The notes beneath the pieces are model-generated. The model was not told where the DNA came from. It saw only the letters and a list, made by a program, of their open reading frames with translations, and searched no databases. Shown here piece by piece: positions 1 to 9,713 of a stretch of DNA of 64,000 nt (its first letter is position 1; each line of letters starts with the position of its first letter). Position numbers and translations under genes: made by a program. Source of the stretch: a virus (Duplodnaviria > Caudoviricetes); IMG/VR virus record IMGVR_UViG_3300014204_013734, positions 288,001 to 352,000 of that record; one strand, 5' to 3'.

Positions 1-2
1 AC

Positions 3-254
3 GGAAAACCCGCCCGTTACGACCTGAACACGTTGGAAATCACGGGTTCGTGGAAAGTAGCGTTGGGACGCCGCGGATACCGACGATTATTGACGGAAAA
101 GTCATGGTCAACCAAGAAGGCCGCCAAGGAAGCTGCCGGGAAATACCTTGAAAACCATGGCGTTTGGGATTCCGCAATCGTTGTCAGCCAAGCGGAAGTC
201 GTTGCGCAACGTTACCTGGAAAAAAGGGCTACGGTATGTCCTACAGGGAAATAG
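3..254 (+). CDS. Hypothetical protein, 5'-partial; carries VAQRYLEKRA tag
   Basis: Frame is open from the window edge to TAG at 254; C-terminal VAxRYL motif is shared with other ORFs. Confidence 0.55.
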   Translation, partial: GKPARYDLNTLEITGSWKVALGRRGYRRLLTEKSWSTKKAAKEAAGKYLENHGVWDSAIVVSQAEVVAQRYLEKRATVCPTGK

Positions 255-907
255 CCGAAAATGCCATTCATAGACTGAAACGGTTGGTGCCTGACGTGTC
301 ATTCACCACGGTTTCCAACAACATGCGACAAACTTCGGCCTACTTCTACGCTAAGAAAACGGAAGATGAAGATGAAGCCCTGAAAATTAGGGTCAGCAAC
401 CACGATCCTGTTTACAATTTTGATCTGTCTTTTCAAATTCCGACCGGTTCGGATCCGGATGAGGCAACGGATTTTCTGGTTGAAAAACTGGCCCCAATCC
501 TAAAAAAATGGAATGGGAATAAAAACGACCCTTTCCTAAAGAAGCTTCTGACAAGGTCAATTCAATTGGGCAAACACTATGAACTCAAGGAGCCTGAAAC
601 CATCACCCTGGATTTGCGACGGACGAAGGACCCCAAAAGTGACCGGGCCGAAGAAGTAATTCGAAAAGATCGCCTGGATGTTGATTGGGACCGATTAGGC
701 AAAGATAGGGAACGTTGGCGAGTCGTGCGGATGACTAACGACTTGGGTTTAGCTTACGACACCGGTTTGCGGGGCAATATGATTGGTCTGCACGACTGGC
801 AACTGCTGGAAGTAGCGGAAAGACTGTTCAAACCGATGACCATCCGGACCAGCAGCTTGAATGTGGCGCGTAGGTGGCTCCGTTATCTTGCTGACCGGAA
901 AAATTGA
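236..907 (+). CDS. Hypothetical protein with C-terminal VARRWL tag
   Basis: ATG at 236 in the 164..907 frame; IRVSNH motif; ends LNVARRWLRYLADRKN. Confidence 0.7.
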   Translation: MSYREIAENAIHRLKRLVPDVSFTTVSNNMRQTSAYFYAKKTEDEDEALKIRVSNHDPVYNFDLSFQIPTGSDPDEATDFLVEKLAPILKKWNGNKNDPFLKKLLTRSIQLGKHYELKEPETITLDLRRTKDPKSDRAEEVIRKDRLDVDWDRLGKDRERWRVVRMTNDLGLAYDTGLRGNMIGLHDWQLLEVAERLFKPMTIRTSSLNVARRWLRYLADRKN

Positions 908-967
908 TGGAAGACGGATTCAGACTTCTTCTTGGTTGCATATTTGTTCTTGGCTGCATGGCTGCTC

Positions 968-1312
968 CTATCTGGTGGTTTGGACGGAAACCGTCATAAA
1001 CATGTCTTCAAATCGTTTCGGGGGTTCTTCCCCCGGCAGAAGCCGAAGGGCTTCCGTAATGTCTTTGATGTCAACAGTCAAGGATTTCTTGACAGTCCAT
1101 TGGCGATAAGTCATTGCCTTGGTTTTGAACCGTCGGGACCACTTTGTTCCGACCACTTTGTCTACTTCCGCCATCTGAGTTCCATTTTCAATCCAACTAA
1201 TGAAATCGCCCGCTTGCACACCAGCTAAGGACCCGAAGTCGGGACTTCCCTTTTTCCCTTTTTCAAAAAGGACTTGAAATTTCCCTTTGGTGCGGACGGG
1301 GTCATCGTTCAT
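968..1312 (-). CDS. Hypothetical protein
   Basis: 114-aa ORF with ATG; upstream GCGGGGTAAAGT motif is shared with the 1844..2083 gene. Confidence 0.6.
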   Translation of the reverse strand: MNDDPVRTKGKFQVLFEKGKKGSPDFGSLAGVQAGDFISWIENGTQMAEVDKVVGTKWSRRFKTKAMTYRQWTVKKSLTVDIKDITEALRLLPGEEPPKRFEDMFMTVSVQTTR

Positions 1313-1395
1313 GAAAAGGAACCCTTTTTAAGACACGAAAAACGGGTCCCCTTTTCCAGAGGACCCGTTTACTTTACCCCGCGTTGTAGACCAGT

Positions 1396-1506
1396 TCACT
1401 CCGGGACCGTGTCCTTGACGCAGCGGGTGAGACCGCCGCCGGACAGGGAATTCAAACTGACGGCGGCATTAGTGTAGTTCAGGTTCCACACGAATCCAGA
1501 CACGTC
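1396..1506 (-). repeat. Orphan copy of the lipoprotein 3' end (DGR variable-region-like, copy A)
   Basis: 93/111 nt identical to 2211-2321, ungapped and in frame, ending at the same stop codon. Confidence 0.85.
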
Positions 1507-1624
1507 GGAAAACCATATACCATAACCTGTTCTTCCTTCAAGTCTTTCAGAGCCCTTTTTCGGAAGGCTTGACATCTTCAACCCGATGTGTCATATTATG
1601 AACATCCTGAACACGGAGGTTGTG

Positions 1625-1870
1625 ATGACGACCACCCTTTCGCAGAAAAAAGTGAAAGATGCTTTGAAGCACAAACTTATCCAGTGCCCCGTATGCGGAA
1701 AAGAACATGATTTTGAAGTCTTGGAAACTATTGTCCCGGACATTCCAGACGTGAAGGTGAAAGGTGCCTTGAAAAAAGGCCGCCCTTTGGTTCAAGTGGT
1801 GTGCCGGAAATGCTACCACGTCATGCTTTTTGACGCCCACAGCTTAGGGGTTAAACTGATACCGGGCTGA
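1625..1870 (+). CDS. Small zinc-ribbon protein
   Basis: CPVC...CRKC pairs; GGAGG upstream of ATG 1625. Confidence 0.65.
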   Translation: MTTTLSQKKVKDALKHKLIQCPVCGKEHDFEVLETIVPDIPDVKVKGALKKGRPLVQVVCRKCYHVMLFDAHSLGVKLIPG

Positions 1871-2083
1871 AAAATAGGTATCGCCCGACTTGATCGTCAC
1901 TTCCGGGGCGTTCCCGCAAAGTTCAAAAACGACGTTCTTTACCGAATGCAGTTGTTCACGATCGGTATCCGGCGAATATTCAATGGTTAGTTTTGAAACC
2001 TTGATCACCAGAACATCTTCGTCTTCTGACTTTTTCGGTTTGGGTTCCACTTGGGCGAAGGAATAGGGAGTTGACAGTTTCAT
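1844..2083 (-). CDS. Hypothetical protein
   Basis: 79-aa ORF with ATG and AAGGA RBS. Confidence 0.5.
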   Translation of the reverse strand: MKLSTPYSFAQVEPKPKKSEDEDVLVIKVSKLTIEYSPDTDREQLHSVKNVVFELCGNAPEVTIKSGDTYFSARYQFNP

Positions 2084-2210
2084 AAACGGTTCCTTTCGTT
2101 AATGTCCTCCCGTCCCTCCCCCGTTCACTTTACCCCGCTTCCTATGACCATTAGACAAAAAAGCCCTTCCCGTGAAGGAAGGACCCTCGTTGCCCATATG
2201 ATCGGTGCCG

Positions 2211-2321
2211 TCACTCCGGGACCGTGTCCTTGACACAGCGGACCAGACCGCTGTTGGACAGGGAAACCCAACCGATGGCGGAATCGGTGTGGTTCAAGCT
2301 CCACACGAATCCAGACACGTC
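2211..2321 (-). repeat. DGR variable-region-like segment (copy B)
   Basis: Differs from copy A at 15 first/second codon positions and only 3 third positions. Confidence 0.75.
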
Positions 2322-3296
2322 CGACACGGGCGTGGAAGAAAGGTAACGGGTCTGGCAGCCGCCTTCAAGTTCTTCCGGCATGTAACAACCGTCCGTCGGT
2401 CCCTGAAAGGCCGGACACGAACAGGATTCAACGGAATAACCGCATTCGTACCGGGCATTGCATTCGTTGGTGATCGGGCAGGATCCCTCGGGTTCCGTAT
2501 TGGGGCAACCGCTGACCAGTGACCGCAATTCGTCAATGGTCGGCAACCGCCACACACCGACCGTGGTGCCGTAGTTCAGGTTGTAGCAGAAGTCAATCGC
2601 CTCCTGCGGGGTCATGCCGCTGTCGGGATAGCGCATCCAGGTGAGGCCGGATTCGGTATCGGTCCACATGCTGGCCGGTTGGTGTTCACAGGTATCGGAA
2701 GTCGGGTCGCAGATGTCGGTGGTCAGGATGTCACCATCGTCACAGGGGTCAGTTCCGGCTACGCAACCAAGCGTGATGTCACAGATTTCAGTGCCATTGC
2801 AGAAATCACCGTCGGCACATCGGTCGTCCTGAAGGACTCGGATGCAACCGAAAACGGGGTCGCAAACGTCACCCGTGCAGGCAATCCCGTCGTCACAGTC
2901 AAGAAGTTCCCCAGCTCGGCAGAAACCGTCATTCCAGCAGGTTTCAATACCGTTGCAAGGGTTGCCGTCGTCACAGTCGGAATCGTCGCCGCAAGGAAGA
3001 TATTCGGATTCGTCCGTGTTTTCAGTAACATCGCTGTTTTCCGGGTTGTCGGTCTGGTCGCTGTTTTCGGTTTCCTGCCCGTCGGCCAGATCGGATTCCT
3101 GTTCGTTTTCGTTTTCGTTGAATTCGGTCACGTCCCCGGATTCGGTCACGTCACCTTCCAACCCTTCCGTATCGGTTTCCGCGTCGCCGTCGGTTTCCGT
3201 GTCTTCCAGGTACGTCCCAAACGTCAGGTTGGAACCGCAACCCGACAGAACGAGGACGACCAGCACCAGCACTGTCAAAAGATTCGTTTTCTTCAT
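2211..3296 (-). CDS. Lipoprotein with acidic linker, Cys-rich CDDG repeats and C-terminal DUF1566/Lcl (C-type lectin fold) domain; probable DGR target
   Basis: Signal peptide with lipobox LSGC; CDDGNPC/CDDGIAC repeats; WTDTESGLTW, WRLPTIDELRSL and VRCV motifs. Confidence 0.85.
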   Translation of the reverse strand: MKKTNLLTVLVLVVLVLSGCGSNLTFGTYLEDTETDGDAETDTEGLEGDVTESGDVTEFNENENEQESDLADGQETENSDQTDNPENSDVTENTDESEYLPCGDDSDCDDGNPCNGIETCWNDGFCRAGELLDCDDGIACTGDVCDPVFGCIRVLQDDRCADGDFCNGTEICDITLGCVAGTDPCDDGDILTTDICDPTSDTCEHQPASMWTDTESGLTWMRYPDSGMTPQEAIDFCYNLNYGTTVGVWRLPTIDELRSLVSGCPNTEPEGSCPITNECNARYECGYSVESCSCPAFQGPTDGCYMPEELEGGCQTRYLSSTPVSDVSGFVWSLNHTDSAIGWVSLSNSGLVRCVKDTVPE

Positions 3297-3348
3297 TTTC
3301 GTCTCCTTTTTATCTGGCGGGATTCATTCCCGTCGTTTCATGTATAGA

Positions 3349-3376
3349 CTACCGGGGGCATTTTAATTCCAAGCCG
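3349..3376 (-). promoter_or_regulatory. Bipartite motif CGGCTTGGAA-N12-CGGTAG, upstream of the lipoprotein
   Basis: One of six copies with identical spacing; divergent pair with 3399-3426. Confidence 0.8.
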
Positions 3377-3398
3377 GAAAACGAACGAACCAATCTCC

Positions 3399-3426
3399 CG
3401 GCTTGGAAAAATCTTTGATTCGGTAG
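3399..3426 (+). promoter_or_regulatory. Bipartite motif CGGCTTGGAA-N12-CGGTAG
   Basis: One of six copies; 40 nt upstream of ATG 3466. Confidence 0.8.
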
Positions 3427-3465
3427 TTGCCGTGGGGACGAATAAACACGAAAGGTTCATTTGGC

Positions 3466-3999
3466 ATGGCTACTTTAACCTTGGCAGATGCGGAACGTAT
3501 TGCTTCCAAAACCCGTCCGTGGGCGGTGCGATTGGAAAACCCCAATCTTCAGCAGTATTGGCAGGCCACCGGGCGCGGTCTTGGTGAACAGCTTGAAATC
3601 GGGAGTGGGGGCTTTGGGTCCGTTCCGACCACATGTTTGGTCACGTGGACCCAGTTCCGGGTTGAAGTAGCTGACAAATTGGCAAACGGGTTTGTCTGGG
3701 CTGATACGCCCTATTTTCGTATGTCTTCGGACAACCTTGCCAAGGTGATTGGCCAAAGCACGCCCCCAACACAGCCCCCGCCATCAACATCGGCGTCTTT
3801 ACTTGCACTTCCCGTTCCGTTGAACCAGATTCGGTCCCTTCGGGTTGTTCGGGAAGGAACTGTCCTCAAGGGCTTTGACGCCCTGGACGAAAATGGGGTC
3901 GTTGTCGTCCGTTTCAACGAAACCGAGGGACGAGCCTTCGCGCAGAACCACAACTTGGATATCGTTTGGGTTTCGTCCAAAACGGGTAGGGTGCTTTAG
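3466..3999 (+). CDS. Hypothetical protein with degenerate WGR-like N-terminal domain
   Basis: VRLE...QYW...IGSGGFG...DKLANGF follows the WGR pattern; Pro/Thr linker. Confidence 0.55.
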   Translation: MATLTLADAERIASKTRPWAVRLENPNLQQYWQATGRGLGEQLEIGSGGFGSVPTTCLVTWTQFRVEVADKLANGFVWADTPYFRMSSDNLAKVIGQSTPPTQPPPSTSASLLALPVPLNQIRSLRVVREGTVLKGFDALDENGVVVVRFNETEGRAFAQNHNLDIVWVSSKTGRVL

Positions 4000-4009
4000 G
4001 AGGACACCT

Positions 4010-4747
4010 ATGATTCTGCAAATAGTCAGTGATATCCATGCTGAATTCCATAAGGATCTTGGCATATCCTTCATTGAAGAGTTGAAGAAGGCGGGGGACG
4101 CCGATGTCCTGATTATTGCTGGAGACCTAGCTCCGCCTAAGGACGCTTTTAGGATTGTTCCAGCTTGTTGTGACGTATGGCCCAAAGTCATCCTGGTTTT
4201 GGGGAATCATGAATTTTACGGGTCTGATCGTCGGACCGTATTGGCCAGTTTCAGGAAGCTGGAAAAAGAGTTCCCTAACCTGCACGTACTGGATGACCAG
4301 ACTGTCACCATGGAAGGGCAACGATTTGTCGGAAGCACTCTTTGGTTTGAAGACACTCCTGATGCACGTATCCGGGCCGGTCATTTTTCAGACTTTGGCG
4401 ATATCAAGGGGTTGGGAGGATGGGTGTGGGAGGCCAACCGAAAATCCAAGATTTTCCTTCGGAAAACCGTCCGTCCCGACGATGTGGTGATCACGCATCA
4501 TATCCCGACATCCATGGGATCAGCATCCTATTGGACAGGGTCGTTCCTCCAACCCTTCTTCGTCTGCCCAATGGACAAAGTAATCGTTGAAAACAGACCA
4601 AAATTGTGGGTCTATGGGCACACGCATGATTCCCACGATTTTACGCTTTGCGAAACCCGATTCATTTGCAATCCTTTCGGATATGCAAATCATCCCAAAC
4701 TGCTTCCGAACCCGGATTTTGACTGGGGGAAGTTCGTTGACGTGTGA
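4010..4747 (+). CDS. Calcineurin-like metallophosphoesterase
   Basis: SDIH, AGD, GNHE, THH and GHTH motifs. Confidence 0.9.
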   Translation: MILQIVSDIHAEFHKDLGISFIEELKKAGDADVLIIAGDLAPPKDAFRIVPACCDVWPKVILVLGNHEFYGSDRRTVLASFRKLEKEFPNLHVLDDQTVTMEGQRFVGSTLWFEDTPDARIRAGHFSDFGDIKGLGGWVWEANRKSKIFLRKTVRPDDVVITHHIPTSMGSASYWTGSFLQPFFVCPMDKVIVENRPKLWVYGHTHDSHDFTLCETRFICNPFGYANHPKLLPNPDFDWGKFVDV

Positions 4748-4820
4748 CGGTTTTCGTTCTATGCCTTTCCCCTTGCGGAAGAAGGTGTGGTTAGTTTAAG
4801 CCTATTGAGGAGACCGAAAG

Positions 4821-5303
4821 ATGGACAAAGCACGTATTACCAAACTGGCGAATGATAACCCGAAGATGCGGGCGAAACTTGTTCCTTTCCTGAAGAAAGC
4901 TGCCCAACCGGGATCCTATGAAGACAACGGCAGAGAACTGAAGTCGAAAGACTTTGGTTTGGCACTAAATCTCATGAATCAGACGGCGAATCACTTGGTC
5001 CAACGCTTACTGCAAAGTATCCATACGGATGGGCTTAAGAAAGAAACTTCCCCTATCGGTTGGGTTTTGGAATTCACGTTGGCCAGGAAAGACGGGGCAC
5101 CCCAGAATTTCACTGTCTGGCTTCCCTTGGAAATGTTTCGTCACTTTTATAGGGGGAACTTGAAAGGAAGAATTTCGGTGAGGGCCCCCCAAAAGGCTTA
5201 CGATATCCCGTCCCTGGAAGATGTTCTTAACGATCTTGGTCCGAAGGACCTTGGGGATTTCATCTTTGATAAGATCATGATGCTCCTGAACAAAGGGATG
5301 TAA
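4821..5303 (+). CDS. Hypothetical protein with N-terminal KLANDNPKMRAKLVPFLKKA module
   Basis: GAGGAG RBS; module is also present in 56839..57807. Confidence 0.7.
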   Translation: MDKARITKLANDNPKMRAKLVPFLKKAAQPGSYEDNGRELKSKDFGLALNLMNQTANHLVQRLLQSIHTDGLKKETSPIGWVLEFTLARKDGAPQNFTVWLPLEMFRHFYRGNLKGRISVRAPQKAYDIPSLEDVLNDLGPKDLGDFIFDKIMMLLNKGM

Positions 5304-5310
5304 CGATCCC

Positions 5311-6081
5311 ATGCGGAAACGGACACAGTTGACGAACACCCGGGGGCTTCTTATGACTCCCGATATGGCGGAAGCCATCCTGAAGTTGGAAAAGGCGTCC
5401 GGGGCCGCTAAGTGGAAACTCGTCCTGTCCGGGCCAAAATCCGGTACGGACGAAGGTGATCCTCTGTCCTTGGCCCCGGCCGGTCGCGAAGTCCGCATGT
5501 CCCTTGTCAGGAATGATGTTAAGGACCCCCAGGTTGCCCTACACGCCCTTTGGGGGTTTGCCGTGCCCCTCGGGTTCACCCCGTGGCTCCGATGGCCTGT
5601 GGCGGGTTCCGGGGACCAAAGATTCTTTTTTCTCGGCCCTTGGAAAATGGTCGGGGATCGGCTCATGGCCGAAGGCCGTGGGCATTTAGCATGGCCTTCC
5701 ATGTGTGCGTCGGCACAGGCGGATGCCGGGGTTTGGAAGGGATCGGATTCGGACAAACGATTCGTCCAGGCGCAACTCCACCGTCTTGGAAAGAACTGTG
5801 GTCCGGTTGACGGAATTATCGCCGAACGGACCCTTGAAGCTATTGCTTCTTTAGGTTTTGGCCAGGAACCTTTCTTGAAAGTAGCGGACCGATTACGGGC
5901 TTTGGAAACTCCGGCGCCGTCCCCCGCTGCTCGTAAGACGGGTCATCTGTCCCTTCCCGGTTGGAACCTGGTCTTATCCGCTTTCGGGGGCGTCAAGGCC
6001 GTTCAGGGCAACCAAGGGGCTATCCTAACGGTAGACGGGCCAGGTCGTCTTGTGGTAGACGTTGAAGGCGGAACCAAGTAA
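5311..6081 (+). CDS. Protein with peptidoglycan-binding-like domain
   Basis: VQAQLHRLG-x-CGPVDGIIAERTLEAI resembles PG_binding_1. Confidence 0.6.
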   Translation: MRKRTQLTNTRGLLMTPDMAEAILKLEKASGAAKWKLVLSGPKSGTDEGDPLSLAPAGREVRMSLVRNDVKDPQVALHALWGFAVPLGFTPWLRWPVAGSGDQRFFFLGPWKMVGDRLMAEGRGHLAWPSMCASAQADAGVWKGSDSDKRFVQAQLHRLGKNCGPVDGIIAERTLEAIASLGFGQEPFLKVADRLRALETPAPSPAARKTGHLSLPGWNLVLSAFGGVKAVQGNQGAILTVDGPGRLVVDVEGGTK

Positions 6082-6629
6082 TGGAATGGGCAGAAGAAAA
6101 AAAACTGCTTCGGGACGTGGCTTCTGATTGGGAAAAGGTTATACTGTCCCAGGGCAAACCCATTCTTCGTGTCTTGACCCTTTCTGCCACCAAAGCGGGT
6201 CTACCTACGGCCTCTTTGCAATACCTGTATTTCGTCTTCTATGACCGATCTCGGGATTGGGGACTGGCGCCCGACGCCAAAACTTCATTGTCCATCGGTA
6301 GGGAAATCACAATAGCGGCCGGAGTGACTCCCGCATGGTCCAGGTCCGGTATCGTTCTTCCCGGTGGAGGGGGCGAAAACGCCCTTGATAAGGCATTCAA
6401 GGAAACCGCCCGATGGGAACAGACGGATATGGCCAAAGTTCTTCTTGATGCTTTGAACAGCACCCTTGCTGTTCACGGCAAGGAAGTTGAAAAAACACAT
6501 CCCGAATTGAAATCCGGAGATGGGTCCTTTTACCTTCGGCACCGGTTTTGGGAAATCCTCGCTACGAACCCGAATGAATTCCATCTCGGGTCTCTCATGA
6601 GCCGTATCGTTTTCCACTTCTTCACCTGA
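6081..6629 (+). CDS. Hypothetical protein
   Basis: 182-aa ORF coupled to upstream gene by TAATG overlap. Confidence 0.65.
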   Translation: MEWAEEKKLLRDVASDWEKVILSQGKPILRVLTLSATKAGLPTASLQYLYFVFYDRSRDWGLAPDAKTSLSIGREITIAAGVTPAWSRSGIVLPGGGGENALDKAFKETARWEQTDMAKVLLDALNSTLAVHGKEVEKTHPELKSGDGSFYLRHRFWEILATNPNEFHLGSLMSRIVFHFFT

Positions 6630-6695
6630 CCTTTTCGGGTATCTAACTGCTAGGGGGGGTTTGATCCGTACCAAATACATGCAGAGGTGCCGCTG

Positions 6696-9600
6696 ATGTC
6701 TTCCGATCAAATGACAAAGGTGTTGGAACGTCTCAAATCAATCCGGGAACGAACGGACCTTACACTCAGGAAGACCAAACACCTGAAGGACACGTTCACC
6801 GGGTTTGATGGAACAGAACATCCTTTGTCCTTGCGCTATTATCAGGTACAAGGCGTTCTCCATCTGGTCATGATGAAACGGTTCATTATTGGTGATGACA
6901 CGGGATTAGGGAAGTGTTGCCGATGCACCGGTAAGGTCCTTACGAATGAAGGTCTGGTAGCACTGGGGGATTTGGCGCCTTCAGGTGTCGTTTTGAAACC
7001 GGACACCTTTTACGACATGACCCGTCCTGTGAATGTGTGGACGGGGCGCAGGTGGGCTAGGATCAAGAAGTTTTATTTCAGCGGGATGCGCCCCGTCAAG
7101 AAAGTAGTGACCCGACGGGGTTATGAAACGGTTGCAACTTTGGTTCACCCCTTGAAAGTCCGGCGTCCTGGTGGGAATGTTTTCATTGAAACGCGGAATT
7201 TGACAATCGGAGATTACGCCTGTTTGGATAGAAGTCCTGTTCCGTTCCCCCAAGAGGAACCTTCGGTCCCGGTTCCCGACAAAGACCTCTTTCAATCAAA
7301 TGCAATCATCTATCCCGTCCCTGACAGAATGAACCCTGATTTGGCAAGCTTGCTTGCTTACGTGGTCGGGGAAGGTTGTACGAACGGTCGTTTGTCGATT
7401 TCCATAGCACAAAGCCTTGAAAAAAATCCCGAAATCCACCAACACATCAGGGATCTTTGCCTGAAATTGTTTGGTTGGAACAAAGATGGAAACTACAAGA
7501 TTCACGACATGGGTGTCAAGATTTCCAGTGTTTACCTTAGGTCCTATTTCCAGGGTTTGGGAGTAGGTGAATGCTTGGCGGAATCCAAACGGGTTCCGGA
7601 AGTCGTGTTCAGAAGTACGAAGGAATCCGTGCGGGCGTTTCTCAGGGCTTTTTTTGATGGGGAGTGTTCCTTCACTGGGGGGGTTTTGGAAATCAACAGT
7701 GCTTCCGAACAACTACTCCGTGAAGTGCAGTTACTTCTTCTCCGATTTGGAATTCTGTCGTCAAGAAACAAAAAGAAAGTCAAAGGACGGCAACACACTT
7801 ATTGGCGTTTGGCTTTGTGCGGGGAGGATGCCCGTGTTTTCGCCAAGGAAATTGGCCTTCTGACACCGAGAAAACAAGCTGGTTTGGATTCTATGTTGTG
7901 CAAGAAACCAAACCCCAACTTGGATGTTGTTCCGTTCATGCAGAATTCTTTGGATGATTTCAGGAATAATCTTTTAGAAGTAACAAGCAAGATGGGGGCA
8001 AACAAAAACAGAAAGGGAAGTGGAATCAAGCAGTTTGGGTTTTCCGTTGAAAAAGGGCTCAACAATGTCCGCAATTGCGGTCGCAATCCATCCTACGATT
8101 TTCTTCAAGGGTTGTTGGAAATAGCGGATGAAACGGGTGCGATTCGTTCGGAAGGATTCCGAAATATTCAGGATTTGTGTAACACCCATTTCTTTTACGA
8201 CCCTATTGTTGAAATTTCCGACGGGGAAGAAATGGTAGCTGACCTTGAAATCGACGATGATGAACATGCTTTCGTTTCCGATGGTTTCATGAACCACAAC
8301 ACGATTGAAGCCATTTCCTCCCTTTGTTGCATTTGGGAAACGGAACCGGATCGGAAGGTGATCATCCTCACGACGAAATCTGCAACCAAACAGTGGGCGG
8401 CGGAATTCAACAAGTTCACCCAGGGCGTAAAGGTTATCATCGGTTCCGGGTCTCCGATGCAGCGCAAGGCTACCCGTGATCTGTTTGTGAAAAGTTCTGG
8501 TCCGACCGTATTGATAATGGGTTACAGGGCTGCTGTCCAGGACTTCACGCATCTCCAGCATTTCAAGGGATTCATCTTCATATTGGACGAGGCCTCTGCG
8601 TTTAAGTCCCCAAAAACCCAGGTGCATCAGGCGGTTGCCTACATGTCATCCAACGCCGACCGGGTTTGGGGATTGACGGCTACCCTTCTGAAAAACCATT
8701 TGATGGAAGGTTACGGCATTTACCGTGTCGTCGTTCCAGACCTTTTCCAAATGACTCCGAACCAATTCATGCTTTACTACTGCTTGGTTCGGATGCAAGC
8801 ACTCCCCAAGAGCAGACGTCAAATCCCTGTTATTGTCGGGTATGCTCCCGCCAAGGTGCAGGAATTCAAGGAAGCTATCGCCCCCTATTTCCTTGGGCGT
8901 CCCAAATACGAAGTTGCATCAGAACTCCCGTCCCTCGTGTCACAGACGGTTGAAGTGGACATGACGGATGCACAGGAGGAAAAGTACGCGGATGCTTTGG
9001 CCGGCCTTCTTGAAATCGGCACGGGATCGGAAGCCGTGGCCAAGGAAACCACGAAACTGTCCGCCCTTTCGTATTGCCAGGAAATCGTGGATGATCTTAG
9101 CTTGATTGACGCCCTTGTAGACGGGTCCCCTAAACTTGATACCTTGATTGATCTTTTGACCGAAGGCGATTTGGATGGGGAAAAGGTCATTGTTTTCAGT
9201 CGGTTCAGCAAGATGATAAACCTCATCATGGCCCGGTTAGCTAAGGAAAAGATCAAGTCCGTCAGGATTACGGGGTCGGAAAATGAAAACGCCCGTGAAC
9301 AAGCAATGAAAGTTTTTCAAGACCAGTCTTCCGATACGCGTGTCATCTGCATTACGTCGGCTGGTTCGGAAGCGGTCAATCTCCAGGCAGCGAAAGCGGT
9401 TATCTGCTACGATTCCCCTTGGTCGGCCGGTGATCTCATTCAGCTTGTCGGTCGGATGATCCGCATAGGGTCGACGCATGACAAATGTCACGTCATCCAC
9501 TTGTTGGGACGTAGCACAAAAGGAAAGACCATCGACCACCGTGTCATGGAAGTTCTTGGCAAGAAGATGGCTTTGATTGAAACCGTTCTTGGGAAGCGTT

Positions 9601-9701
9601 TCAAGGACGATGGGGAAATGGCAACGGTGTCCGTAGGTAACGACATTTCCGATTTGTTCACCGTCTTGCGTCAAGATGCGAAGGATTCAAAAAAAGGGTA
9701 G
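6696..9701 (+). CDS. SNF2-family (SF2) helicase/ATPase, intein-containing
   Basis: LRYYQ Q-motif; DDTGLGK|T Walker A interrupted by intein; DEAS, LTAT, GSEAVNLQ and QLVGRMIRIG motifs; GAGG RBS before ATG 6696. Confidence 0.92.
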   Translation: MSSDQMTKVLERLKSIRERTDLTLRKTKHLKDTFTGFDGTEHPLSLRYYQVQGVLHLVMMKRFIIGDDTGLGKCCRCTGKVLTNEGLVALGDLAPSGVVLKPDTFYDMTRPVNVWTGRRWARIKKFYFSGMRPVKKVVTRRGYETVATLVHPLKVRRPGGNVFIETRNLTIGDYACLDRSPVPFPQEEPSVPVPDKDLFQSNAIIYPVPDRMNPDLASLLAYVVGEGCTNGRLSISIAQSLEKNPEIHQHIRDLCLKLFGWNKDGNYKIHDMGVKISSVYLRSYFQGLGVGECLAESKRVPEVVFRSTKESVRAFLRAFFDGECSFTGGVLEINSASEQLLREVQLLLLRFGILSSRNKKKVKGRQHTYWRLALCGEDARVFAKEIGLLTPRKQAGLDSMLCKKPNPNLDVVPFMQNSLDDFRNNLLEVTSKMGANKNRKGSGIKQFGFSVEKGLNNVRNCGRNPSYDFLQGLLEIADETGAIRSEGFRNIQDLCNTHFFYDPIVEISDGEEMVADLEIDDDEHAFVSDGFMNHNTIEAISSLCCIWETEPDRKVIILTTKSATKQWAAEFNKFTQGVKVIIGSGSPMQRKATRDLFVKSSGPTVLIMGYRAAVQDFTHLQHFKGFIFILDEASAFKSPKTQVHQAVAYMSSNADRVWGLTATLLKNHLMEGYGIYRVVVPDLFQMTPNQFMLYYCLVRMQALPKSRRQIPVIVGYAPAKVQEFKEAIAPYFLGRPKYEVASELPSLVSQTVEVDMTDAQEEKYADALAGLLEIGTGSEAVAKETTKLSALSYCQEIVDDLSLIDALVDGSPKLDTLIDLLTEGDLDGEKVIVFSRFSKMINLIMARLAKEKIKSVRITGSENENAREQAMKVFQDQSSDTRVICITSAGSEAVNLQAAKAVICYDSPWSAGDLIQLVGRMIRIGSTHDKCHVIHLLGRSTKGKTIDHRVMEVLGKKMALIETVLGKRFKDDGEMATVSVGNDISDLFTVLRQDAKDSKKG
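6915..8300 (+). mobile_element. Intein (462 aa) with LAGLIDADG homing endonuclease, in helicase Walker A
   Basis: Starts at Cys after GK, ends HN|T; LLAYVVGEG and FLRAFFDGE motifs. Confidence 0.92.
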
Positions 9702-9713
9702 TGTGATTGATAG

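Noticed and set aside
1396-1506. Copy A as the DGR template repeat
   Set aside because: At several variable sites copy B has the A (AGC, AAC, ATC) and at others neither does; no RT gene is in the window.
1396-1581. 61-aa ORF as a functional gene
   Set aside because: Only the last ~37 codons are homologous to the lipoprotein; the rest looks like chance open frame.
3367-3408. TTCCAAGCCG/CGGCTTGGAA inverted repeats (also 55663-55693) as terminators or IS ends
   Set aside because: They are explained by two back-to-back copies of the bipartite motif; no transposase or target duplication is present.
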